Below are positions 1 through 8,603 of a stretch of DNA of 43,467 nucleotides, piece after piece; position 1 is the stretch's first letter; every line of letters starts with the position of its first letter. Origin of the DNA: Deinococcaceae bacterium (GTDB lineage Bacteria; Deinococcota; Deinococci; Deinococcales; Trueperaceae). The stretch lies in assembly GCA_040256005.1 (NCBI GenBank), contig JBDZWC010000003.1:24362-67828 (forward strand), given 5' to 3'. The notes beneath the pieces were generated by a model, which did not search any database, had not been told where the DNA came from, and saw nothing but the letters and a program-made list of their open reading frames with translations. The position numbers and the translations under genes are program-made.

Positions 1-1
1 C

Positions 2-2023
2 AAGGTCGCAGCCACCGGCGACCGACAGGAGGTGGATGATGTCCTCGTCGTAGAGCAAGACGCCATAGGACCGGCTCAGGCGTCGCGCCAGGGAGTCTGA
101 CCCCGGCAGTTCGCGGGCTGCCGCCGGGTCGCCCAAGGCCTCCAGAGGGTCGAACGGTTGCTCCCCCCTGGCTCGTCGGAGGTAACGCTCCTTCGCTGCT
201 CCGGTGGCGGCGCCCGGCCGCACCACCGCCAGAGCGGCGATCACGTCCTCGAAGCCGCGTATGGGCATGCGGTTGAGGACCGACCGCACGGCCGGGCTCT
301 CGATCTGGAAGCAGCCGATGGTGTCGGCAGCGTCGATGGTCAGGCGTGTCGCCTCGTCGTCGAGCGCTGGCCCTGACCCGGCGGCCTTCGAGGCGAGCAC
401 GTCGCTCATCTCGCTGAGGAAGTGGTTGCCCAGTACGTCGAACTTCACGACGCCGACCGCCCCGAGGGATTGGTGGTCGAACTGCGTGATGGTCTTGCCT
501 GCCGGTGCCGTTTCCAAGGGCAACTGGCCAGCCAGGGGTGACGCGCTGATGACGATGCCGGCCGGATGGACCGACACGTGCGAGGGCATGCCAACCAGTC
601 CGGCGATCGCATCAGCGTTCCTCGCGGCGACCTCGTAGGACGAGCGTTCCAGGAACGACCGCACGTACCCCGCCTCGGCAGCCGGGTCGCCATGAGGCGG
701 ACGGAAGCCGCGCATCAGGTTCGCGATGCGTGAAGGCGCCATGCCCAGGGCCGCCAGCCCGCTTCTCACGGCGCTGCGCCCGCGGAAAGTGGTGTGGGTA
801 GCGATGCCGGCCACGTGGTCGGGCCCGAACCGGCGCCCGATCCAGTCGAGCAGCCTGCCCCGGCCGGACGACGCGACGTCCAGGTCCACGTCGGCCGGCG
901 CAGCCCGCCTGGCGTTCAGGAAGCGCTCGAACAGCAGGTCGTGGGCGATCGGGTCCAAAGCGGTCAGGCCCAAGAGGTGCACTACGAGCGAGCCGGCCGC
1001 CGAACCCCTGGCGGCTATCGGCAGTCCGAGCTGGCGTGCGCCGCGGGCGATCTCGGCGACGACGAGGAGGTACTCCCCATAGCCAAGCTGGCCAATGACC
1101 CGTAGCTCCTCCTCGAGCCGGCTCTCGTACGTGGAGAAGGACTCGGTCTCGCTGACAGCGGAGCTCCGCAGCGCTTCCTCGCAGCGCTCTCGTAGAAGGT
1201 CGTCCACCGCGTCCGCTGTCAGTTCCCGTGGCCCGGGCTTGACCCCAGCCACCCGGCCGATGTCGAAACCGCACTGGGCCGCCAGTGCTTCCGCCCTTTC
1301 GAGCTCTGGTCCGGCGCCCCCGAACGATCGCAAGGTCCCGATGTCGAACGGTCGTCGCTGCGCGTCGGAGGCACCGCCCAACGGCTCCGCGTCCGGCAGC
1401 GAGCCGGAAGCCCTGATAGCCGCTGCCAGCCGGTGGACGGCCGTGTCGCGTTCGTCCAGCGCCAGCACCACCGGTGTGGCGACCATCTGCCTCGCCAGGT
1501 CGGGCGTTACGACCCCGCCCAGCTCCGCCGCTTGGGCAGCGCTACGGGCGACGAGCCAGAGTCTTCGTGCCTGACCCACATAACGGCTCGCCAACCGCGA
1601 CAACGTACCCGTCTCGAACGCCAGGACGAAGAGCCCGTCCAGGTCCTCCGGCAGGTCGTCGACCGGGTCGGGCGTCGGTTCGGCGTCCCGGCTCGCCCGC
1701 CGCACGCTGACCAGACGACATAACTTCTGGAACCCGGCCTCGTCCTCGACGAGCAGTACGACGCGCCCCCGATACTCCCCGACCGTCCGGCGGGTATGCC
1801 CACGCCGCAGCTCGATGCCGGTGATGGGCCGGATGCCGACCTCGCGACAGGCATGGTTGAACCTGACCTGACCGGCGAGGGTCTCTACGTCCGTGAGCGC
1901 CATAGCCCCTGCCCCTAGCTGGGTCGCCCGCCGCACGAGTTCCTCCGGGGACGCGACCCCGTGACCCAGGGAGTAGTAGCTGTACGCGACGAGCGGAACG
2001 ATCGTGGCCGGATGCGAACCCAC
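2..2023 (-). CDS. dnaE2: DNA polymerase III alpha-family protein, probably error-prone DnaE2 (partial, 3' end runs off the window)
   Basis: Not in the ORF track because it is open at the edge. Hand translation gives PHP-like N-terminus (AYSYYSLGHGVASPEELV, ALTDVETLAGQVRF, GIRPITGIEL), GSAAGSLVVHLLGLTALDP, LLFERFLN, catalytic DVDLD, HPAGIVI, VKFDVLG, SYGVLLYDED. GTG at 2023 lies 7 nt after a TACGAT -10 box. Confidence 0.88.
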   Translation of the reverse strand, partial: MGSHPATIVPLVAYSYYSLGHGVASPEELVRRATQLGAGAMALTDVETLAGQVRFNHACREVGIRPITGIELRRGHTRRTVGEYRGRVVLLVEDEAGFQKLCRLVSVRRASRDAEPTPDPVDDLPEDLDGLFVLAFETGTLSRLASRYVGQARRLWLVARSAAQAAELGGVVTPDLARQMVATPVVLALDERDTAVHRLAAAIRASGSLPDAEPLGGASDAQRRPFDIGTLRSFGGAGPELERAEALAAQCGFDIGRVAGVKPGPRELTADAVDDLLRERCEEALRSSAVSETESFSTYESRLEEELRVIGQLGYGEYLLVVAEIARGARQLGLPIAARGSAAGSLVVHLLGLTALDPIAHDLLFERFLNARRAAPADVDLDVASSGRGRLLDWIGRRFGPDHVAGIATHTTFRGRSAVRSGLAALGMAPSRIANLMRGFRPPHGDPAAEAGYVRSFLERSSYEVAARNADAIAGLVGMPSHVSVHPAGIVISASPLAGQLPLETAPAGKTITQFDHQSLGAVGVVKFDVLGNHFLSEMSDVLASKAAGSGPALDDEATRLTIDAADTIGCFQIESPAVRSVLNRMPIRGFEDVIAALAVVRPGAATGAAKERYLRRARGEQPFDPLEALGDPAAARELPGSDSLARRLSRSYGVLLYDEDIIHLLSVAGGCDL

Positions 2024-2162
2024 GGCTCGAATCGTAGGGGCAGGCGCAGGCCGGCCCGGTCGCCGCCGGCGCCCCTGCGAGCAGACGGCCACAGGAACTG
2101 GCCGCCTACCGACCGTCCCCCGATCACATGACGGTCGCCTAACCTCCGGGTGGAGGCGCCTC

Positions 2163-2825
2163 ATGGAAGCAGACAGGGTCGCCGAGGACGGTGCGACCGC
2201 ATACCCGGGAGCGGAACGGTTCATGCCTCCTCGCGAGAGCCTCACAGCGCTGCGATCAGCCGTTGACGGATGCAGGGGTTGCCCCCTCTACAAGGGGGCG
2301 ACGCAGGCGGTGTTCGGCGAGGGCCTTGCTCGTTCGCATCTGATGCTGGTGGGGGAGATACCGGGCAACGACGAGGATCTGGAGGGCAGGCCTTTCGTCG
2401 GTCCCGCCGGGCGGCTGCTGGACAAGGCCCTCGCGGAGGCGGGCATCTCGCGGGACGACACCTACCTCACGAACGTCGTCAAGCACTTCAAGTGGGAACC
2501 ACGCGGCAAGCGGAGGCTGCATCGCACCCCGAACCAACGGGAGATCGACGCCTGCCTGCCTTGGTTGGATGCCGAGATCGAGCGCATCAAGCCGCGGGTG
2601 ATCGTGGCGATGGGAGCCACGGCCGCCAAGACGTTGTTCGGACCCGGACACCGGGTATCGCGACAGCATGGCGAACGGGTCGAGTTCGACCGTGCCGACT
2701 ACGCCACCTCCACGCTTCACCCGTCGGCGATCTTGAGGCGACAGACCGACGAGGAGAGGCGAGAGGAGATGAGGCGCTTCGTGGAGGACCTCGAGTCCGT
2801 CGCGAAGGTGCTGAACGGCGAGTAA
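2163..2825 (+). CDS. udgX: UdgX-type family-4 uracil-DNA glycosylase (Fe-S)
   Basis: CxxC (CRGC), GEIPG motif A, TNVVKHFKW, R-loop KRRLH, DACLPW, motif B HPSAILR; ATG at 2163 after GGAGG. Confidence 0.88.
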   Translation: MEADRVAEDGATAYPGAERFMPPRESLTALRSAVDGCRGCPLYKGATQAVFGEGLARSHLMLVGEIPGNDEDLEGRPFVGPAGRLLDKALAEAGISRDDTYLTNVVKHFKWEPRGKRRLHRTPNQREIDACLPWLDAEIERIKPRVIVAMGATAAKTLFGPGHRVSRQHGERVEFDRADYATSTLHPSAILRRQTDEERREEMRRFVEDLESVAKVLNGE

Positions 2826-2910
2826 GGACGATAAGAGCCTCGTGACAACGTGAGGGTCAGATTAGAGCCACGCGGGGCGGGCACACCTTCCGCCCCTACC
2901 GGGAAGGCCC

Positions 2911-3480
2911 ATGCGTCGCTCTGTTCTCACCCTCCTTACGCTGGCTTGCTTCGGGACCGCCGGGGCCCAGACCCCCAACGTCGGCATCGCTTACGCGCAT
3001 GTCGCTCTCGAGATCCGTTTCGGTGACGCCGGCCCAACTACGTTCGAACTGTCGGGGAGCATCTACCCGAAGATCGAGATCCCGGGCGTGCTGTGCCCGA
3101 CCACCGATTGCCCGGCCGGCTTCTCCACGCCGTTCGGCTACGTGTACTCGAGCACCTACTTCGACAGGAACCCCCACTACCACACCGAGGAGATCCTTCA
3201 CCTGCGGCAGTGGGATGCGTTGGGGCCGGCTTACCTCGCGGCCTATGTCCTGACGCAAGGGGAGCCGTTCGAGCCCTACGACAGCCGCAGCCCGTTCCCG
3301 GCCAGCGCGGCCAAGGACGGGGACTGGTGGCGCCTCGACAAGATGTGGGTGCCGCCACCGGAGATGGAGCACACCTTCACCCACCTGCGTGTGAGCTGGG
3401 GGGAGGGCGAACCGCAGGTCGGTTTCCTCGACGGCTACACGGACATAGTGGCGGCCATGCTCGGCTTGTTCACGAGGTGA
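2911..3480 (+). CDS. Secreted hypothetical protein
   Basis: Signal peptide MRRSVLTLLTLACFGTAGA-Q, GGAAGG RBS, G/C-rich third codon positions. Confidence 0.75.
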   Translation: MRRSVLTLLTLACFGTAGAQTPNVGIAYAHVALEIRFGDAGPTTFELSGSIYPKIEIPGVLCPTTDCPAGFSTPFGYVYSSTYFDRNPHYHTEEILHLRQWDALGPAYLAAYVLTQGEPFEPYDSRSPFPASAAKDGDWWRLDKMWVPPPEMEHTFTHLRVSWGEGEPQVGFLDGYTDIVAAMLGLFTR

Positions 3481-3513
3481 GGCCCGCAAGCCCCTAGCGT
3501 CTGGATGGACCTT

Positions 3514-3909
3514 TTAGCCCAACGGCCAAGTGAGCCACCCGACCGGGAGCGCCAAAGCTGCGAGGGAGATGAAGAAGAGAGCGACACGTCCGAGGAGCCG
3601 CCAGCCGGAAGCGGGCGCGGTTACGTGCTCTTCGCCGCGACCAGTTCCTTTGCGCCAGACGCTCATCCTGGGCGCTGCCGTCACTCGCCGGCTGCTGAGC
3701 CAGGCGGCAAGTACGTGGGCCAACACTACGGCGTAGGCAGGGTACATACGCTCGTTCGGCCCGGCGATCACGACCGCCGCCACCGCCGTGCCCAGCAGCA
3801 CCCACGCTGCCACCAACCGACTCCGAGACAAGGGCGCCAGCAGCGTCAAGACGGCCATGGCGGCGGCGCCGAAGACGGTTACTTGTTCGAGGTCGTGAAG
3901 CGCTGCCAA
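3514..3909 (-). CDS. Small membrane protein, possibly the N-terminal membrane part of a truncated hydrolase
   Basis: About four hydrophobic segments, RMYPAY motif, TTG start. Confidence 0.5.
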   Translation of the reverse strand: MAALHDLEQVTVFGAAAMAVLTLLAPLSRSRLVAAWVLLGTAVAAVVIAGPNERMYPAYAVVLAHVLAAWLSSRRVTAAPRMSVWRKGTGRGEEHVTAPASGWRLLGRVALFFISLAALALPVGWLTWPLG

Positions 3910-4022
3910 ACTGCCCAGAGCCTACTGCTCTGTGCCGTCCCGTTCATCTGCGGCTGGCCACATCTACGTGCCCTCCCACAGTCCCGGCGGCATGGAGGAC
4001 ATACCTCGGCCGGCCTCAGTAA

Positions 4023-4493
4023 CTAGCTTCGAGGCGCGGGTGCCGGCACGGCCCGATCCGCCATCCGCCTAAGCCACAGGCGCAACCCCGCGTCCACCAG
4101 GCTGACCCGAGGCAACTGGTCGATGCCTGGTAGAGGCAACCACCCGGCCGCGTCCGTAGACCCGTTCACCTCGTTCGCCAGTTCCCCGGCGATGATGCGA
4201 GCCTCGTATATCACCCGTAGCGCGTGCAAGGCTCGGTGGGGGCTTCCGGGCGCACGCTGTTCCGCCGGGACGTGCATGCTGTTGGTGCCTAGCAGACGAG
4301 TCAGCTCCACGACGTAGCCGGTCTCCTCGAGAACCTCTCGGACGGCGGCGCCCTCAGGGTCCTCTCCGGCTTCCAGGCCGCCGCCAGGCAGCGTCCACCC
4401 CTGGTTCGCCTCGGTGGGTGCCAGGCGCGTCAGGAGGATGTGTTCGTCACGGACCACCACTGCGTACGCGCCCACCCTGGTATCGAAGTCCAC
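4023..4493 (-). CDS. Nudix hydrolase
   Basis: Nudix box GGGLEAGEDPEGAAVREVLEETG; TAGAAT -10 box 6 nt before the GTG. Confidence 0.92.
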   Translation of the reverse strand: MDFDTRVGAYAVVVRDEHILLTRLAPTEANQGWTLPGGGLEAGEDPEGAAVREVLEETGYVVELTRLLGTNSMHVPAEQRAPGSPHRALHALRVIYEARIIAGELANEVNGSTDAAGWLPLPGIDQLPRVSLVDAGLRLWLRRMADRAVPAPAPRS

Positions 4494-4580
4494 CGGCGGA
4501 TTCTACGGCCGCGAGACGAGGGAAGTCGGCGCTCCTCCTTCTAATCGCTTGGCATCTGGTACCGCATCGATGTGGATGAG

Positions 4581-5648
4581 TCAGTCGAACCGCTTGGAAT
4601 AGGCATGACTCAACCTGATGAAATCCAGAACTACCGATACCTGTTCCGAACTTGTAAGAGAGAGGAACGAAATGTCCGTGTCTAGGAGGTCGAGTCTGTT
4701 GTTCCAGCGCCAACCTCCATCGCGCCAATCGATGAATCCGAGTCCTCCGTCTGGACGGTCCGGGTCGATTGGCGGTTTGTACCTTTGGAACTGCAGTACT
4801 TCGGGCTCACTCCATCCGAAATAGATGAAGTACCGCATTCCTTCGAGGTTCCATCCGATCCAACCGCCGCTATGTTGCCCCGAGCCGAACCTTTTGACGC
4901 CGCTGAACTGTCCAGAAAGATCTATTGCTTCGCCAACGAGCGCGAGCAGGTCGTGCACAGGTTTTAGTTCTGGGTATTCGAGCAATTGTTCCAACCTCGT
5001 GAATCGTTGGCGAAGCGCCAGCGGTCCGTTCCCATGTTGCTCTGATTGGGCGACTCCAGCGGAGACGATTGATCGTCGTGCCGGTGGTTTGAGGCCCCGC
5101 TCTTCCATGAAGTCCAGAAATTCGTGCAGTACGTGGCTGGCGATCGGGGACAGGGAGTCGTCGAGGCCTTGCCTTAGTCGGGACGCGATCTCGTCCCAGC
5201 GAACCGTGTGACAAGTCAATTCACTATCGACAGTGATCGGCAAGCGGGAAAGTAGCACCAACCGCTTGGTGGCCGCGCGCGTGGGCTCAGCGTCAAGCGC
5301 CCGTCGATATGTCGGCAGCTGTTCAGTCCCTAGTTGGGCGTCGACCTTGACCTCTATGAACGCTAGTACTGCGCTGGTTTCGATCCTCATGTCGGGCCTG
5401 CCCGACGAGGTGTAGTACTGAGTTCGGATAGAAGCTGGGCCGTCTCCAAGCGCAGCTTCAACGCCCAGCAGACAGCAGAGGACATCCTCCGCGATGGAAG
5501 GAGCTTCGAGTTCAAGTACCTCCAAGAGATATGCGAGCGCCTCTGTAACGAAGTTCTCGTCCTGACGCCGTGCAAGCTTGTGAAGCCTCGGAAGGAGACG
5601 CGGTCGACGCTGGGTCGTAGTCAGGACTTCCATCTCGAAAGCAGTCAT
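4581..5648 (-). CDS. PD-(D/E)XK nuclease-family protein (low GC)
   Basis: ENFVTEALAYLL ... GRPDMRI ... FIEVKVDA ... EQLPTY pattern; GC visibly below flanks; ATGA overlap with the upstream permease stop. Confidence 0.8.
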   Translation of the reverse strand: MTAFEMEVLTTTQRRPRLLPRLHKLARRQDENFVTEALAYLLEVLELEAPSIAEDVLCCLLGVEAALGDGPASIRTQYYTSSGRPDMRIETSAVLAFIEVKVDAQLGTEQLPTYRRALDAEPTRAATKRLVLLSRLPITVDSELTCHTVRWDEIASRLRQGLDDSLSPIASHVLHEFLDFMEERGLKPPARRSIVSAGVAQSEQHGNGPLALRQRFTRLEQLLEYPELKPVHDLLALVGEAIDLSGQFSGVKRFGSGQHSGGWIGWNLEGMRYFIYFGWSEPEVLQFQRYKPPIDPDRPDGGLGFIDWRDGGWRWNNRLDLLDTDISFLSLTSSEQVSVVLDFIRLSHAYSKRFD

Positions 5649-6535
5649 TCACCCGCGACGGCGGTCAACCCAGCCACGAAGTGGTCGATGAAGAACGTGT
5701 AGAGGATGGCCACCGGGATGCTGGCGATGAGGGCGCCAGCCAGCAGCGGGCCCCACTTGAAGACGTCGCCGCGCACCAGCTCCGTGGGCACGCCTATCGA
5801 CACCGTCTTCTGCGCCGAATCCTGCACGAACGTGAGCGCGTAGACGAACTCGCTGGTAGACAGCGTGAACGCGAACACGACGATGGTCAGGATCCCGGGC
5901 ACGGCCAGCGGCAGGACGGCCCTGATGAACGCGCCGAACCGGCTGTAACCGTCTACCATCGCTTGTTCCTCGATGTCCCTCGGTATGCCCTTGAAGAACC
6001 CCATCATCAGCCAGGTACAGAAGGGCACCGTGAAGGTGGGATAGGCGACGACCAACGCCCAGATCGAGTTCTGCAGGTCGAGAGCCGAGATGACCTTGGC
6101 GAACGGCAGGAACAGCAGGGTTGGAGGCACCAGGTAGGTGAGGAAGATGCCGATGCCCAGCACCTCGCCCCAGCCACCCGCCAGACGGCCGAGGCTGTAG
6201 GCCGCGGGCACGGCCAGGACCAGCGTGATCAGCACGACGAGGCCGCCCACCATGAACGAGTTGAGCAGCCACCGCACGAACAAGGTGTCGGTGAAGAGCA
6301 GGCGGATGTGGTCGAAGGTGGGCGACTGCGAGAACCAGAACGGGTTGCCCTCCGGGTTGAACAGGTCGGAGTTCCGTTTGAACGACGTGATGAGCATGAC
6401 GTAGAAGGGCAGCGCCGCGAATACCGTGAACAGGGCGACAGTCAGGTAGAAGGCGGTGCCTCCCACCACCCCGCGGCGAGCGCGTTGGCGGCCCGGTGCG
6501 GTGGTGCCCGCGTCGGCCGGGGCGGTCGAGACCAT
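5645..6535 (-). CDS. Carbohydrate ABC transporter permease (MalG-like)
   Basis: Six TM segments, EAA loop IPRDIEEQAMVDG. Confidence 0.93.
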   Translation of the reverse strand: MVSTAPADAGTTAPGRQRARRGVVGGTAFYLTVALFTVFAALPFYVMLITSFKRNSDLFNPEGNPFWFSQSPTFDHIRLLFTDTLFVRWLLNSFMVGGLVVLITLVLAVPAAYSLGRLAGGWGEVLGIGIFLTYLVPPTLLFLPFAKVISALDLQNSIWALVVAYPTFTVPFCTWLMMGFFKGIPRDIEEQAMVDGYSRFGAFIRAVLPLAVPGILTIVVFAFTLSTSEFVYALTFVQDSAQKTVSIGVPTELVRGDVFKWGPLLAGALIASIPVAILYTFFIDHFVAGLTAVAGE

Positions 6536-7479
6536 CAGGTCACCTCGCTGCGGCGGATCAAGCGCAGCAACACCGCGCTCACACCGCCCAGAACTGGCAA
6601 GAGGAAGAGGGCGATGGCAGCGCCCCTGCCGAGGTTGCCGCCCAGGATGCCGGTGAAGAACGCCAGGCTGGCCAGGGTGTTCGTACTGTTGGCGGGCCCG
6701 CCGCGCGTGAGGATGAAGATGGGGATCATGTCCGCGACGGTGAATATGAACGTGAACAGGATGGCGACCATCAAGATAGGGGAGATCATCGGCAGGACCA
6801 CCTGGAACAGGCGCCGGAAGTACCCGGCCCTGTCGACTCGTGCCTGCTCGATCACGTCCCTGGGCACGCTGTTCAGCCCGGCCAGCACGATCACGGTGGC
6901 CAGCGGCAGGATCCGCCAGACGTTGACGACGATGATGGATACCTTAGCCAGCACCTTGTCACCCAGCCAGTAGAGGTTGGGCAGGCGGCCAAGCGCCGCG
7001 TCGGCGCTACCCAACAGACCCACCTGGCGCAGGAACCAATCGATGGGGCTGAACACCGAGTCGTACATCCACAGCCAGCCGATGAGGCCGAGCGCCACGG
7101 GGGCGGTCCAGGGCAACAGGATCAGGAAGCGCACGACCCACTTGCCGCGGAAGTCGCGCATGAGCAGCTCGGCTAGGATCGTCCCCAGCACCAGCACCGC
7201 GATGAGCGTGCCGAACGTGAACAGCACCGTGTTGGCCAGCGCCTGCTGGAAGTTGCGGTCGCGGACCAGTTCCACGAAGTGAGTCAGACCTACCCACTTG
7301 ACGGCCGTGCCGCCGGTCGTGACGTCGTGGAGGCTGTAGTAGATGGCCAAGCCGAACGGCACGCCCACCAGCAAAAGGATGAACAGCACGGCCGGGGCGA
7401 TCATGCCGACGGCCAGGAGGGTGTCGCGTACCGCGCTGGAGCGCTCCTCGGCGGTCCTCCCGGCGCTGAGCGCGCTCAC
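6535..7479 (-). CDS. Carbohydrate ABC transporter permease (MalF-like)
   Basis: WVGLTHF, LAGLNSVPRDVIEQARVD, TRGGP motifs. Confidence 0.93.
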   Translation of the reverse strand: MSALSAGRTAEERSSAVRDTLLAVGMIAPAVLFILLLVGVPFGLAIYYSLHDVTTGGTAVKWVGLTHFVELVRDRNFQQALANTVLFTFGTLIAVLVLGTILAELLMRDFRGKWVVRFLILLPWTAPVALGLIGWLWMYDSVFSPIDWFLRQVGLLGSADAALGRLPNLYWLGDKVLAKVSIIVVNVWRILPLATVIVLAGLNSVPRDVIEQARVDRAGYFRRLFQVVLPMISPILMVAILFTFIFTVADMIPIFILTRGGPANSTNTLASLAFFTGILGGNLGRGAAIALFLLPVLGGVSAVLLRLIRRSEVT

Positions 7480-8525
7480 GACGCCACGGCCGGCGACGTG
7501 CGACGTCCCGATGCAGGGTCGAACCGGTTGACGTAGCGCTCGCGGACGAAGAACTCCTGCTCGCCGCCCACGCTCATGGAAGAAGCGAGGCGGGCAGGCA
7601 GCTTGGCGATGACGTCCGTTCCCTCGCCCATCGGCGTGGTGTCCGCACCGGGGATGGAACCGTAGAGCAACAGGTCCGCGCCCAGGTCCTCCATGCCGGA
7701 GACCATGAAGTTCAATCGCAGCGAATCGGCGTCAGGCTGGAACTCACCCACGGGCAGGAGGTTCTCGGGGTGGAAACCGAGGATCTCGCCGCCCTTCGTG
7801 ATCAGGTTCATGGCGGGCGAGCCCATGAACCGAGCGACGAAGGTGTTCGCGGGCTCGCGGTAGATGTCGCTGGGCTTGCCGATCTGCTCGATCTTCCCGA
7901 AGTTCATGACCGCGACGCGCTCGCCCAGGCCCATCGCCTCGACCTGGTCATGGGTCACGTAGATAGTGGTGATGCCGATGCGGCCATGCAGCTTCTTGAG
8001 CTCATGGCGGGCCTGGTGGCGCAGCTTGGCGTCGAGGTTCGAGAGTGGCTCGTCCAGCAGGAACAGGTTGGGCTCGCGTACCAGGGCCCTGGCCAGCGCC
8101 ACGCGCTGACGCTCGCCGCCCGAGAGCATGCGCGGCTTGCGGTCGAGCAGGTGACCGATGCCGAAGAGGTTGGCGGCCCACTCGACGCGCTCCCTCGTCT
8201 TCTCCTTGCTGGTCCTGACCGCCTCCAGAGGGAAGGAGATGTTCCTGGCGACGCTCTTGTGCGGGTAGAGCGCGTAGCTCTGGAAGACCATCGCGATGTT
8301 GCGGTCGTTAGGTGGCAGGCCGTTGACCACCCGGTCCCCGATGACGACGTCGCCGCTGGTCGACTTCTCGAGCCCGGCGATCGTGCGCATCAGCGTCGTC
8401 TTGCCCGAGCCCGACGCGCCCAAGAGGACGAGGAACTCGCCATCGCGGACGTCGATGCTGACGCCGTCGACGGCCTTGACCGAGCCGAAGTGGGTGTGAA
8501 GGTCGCGGACGGTCAGCTTCGCCAT
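7476..8525 (-). CDS. Sugar ABC transporter ATP-binding protein (MalK-like)
   Basis: Walker A GASGSGKT, signature LSGGERQ, Walker B LLDEPLSNLD, YVTHDQ. Confidence 0.95.
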   Translation of the reverse strand: MAKLTVRDLHTHFGSVKAVDGVSIDVRDGEFLVLLGASGSGKTTLMRTIAGLEKSTSGDVVIGDRVVNGLPPNDRNIAMVFQSYALYPHKSVARNISFPLEAVRTSKEKTRERVEWAANLFGIGHLLDRKPRMLSGGERQRVALARALVREPNLFLLDEPLSNLDAKLRHQARHELKKLHGRIGITTIYVTHDQVEAMGLGERVAVMNFGKIEQIGKPSDIYREPANTFVARFMGSPAMNLITKGGEILGFHPENLLPVGEFQPDADSLRLNFMVSGMEDLGADLLLYGSIPGADTTPMGEGTDVIAKLPARLASSMSVGGEQEFFVRERYVNRFDPASGRRTSPAVAS

Positions 8526-8555
8526 GCAGGTGGCGCCCTCCTAAGGCATGAGAAC

Positions 8556-8588
8556 TGGGTGGTGGGAACGAACGCTCCCCACCACCCA
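8556..8588 (-). other. Intergenic stem-loop after the solute-binding-protein gene
   Basis: TGGGTGGTGGG ... CCCACCACCCA, an 11-bp inverted repeat between the SBP and ATPase genes. Confidence 0.7.
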
Positions 8589-8603
8589 CAGAAGGCGAGT
8601 GCC

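Noticed and set aside
2024..2162. SOS box or Deinococcus RDRM site between dnaE2 and udgX
   Set aside because: The spacer is GC-rich and has no recognisable palindrome.
2874..2907. Alternative hairpins (GGGGCGG/CCGCCCC versus CCTTCC/GGAAGG) over an RBS
   Set aside because: Stems of 6-7 bp are expected by chance at this GC content.
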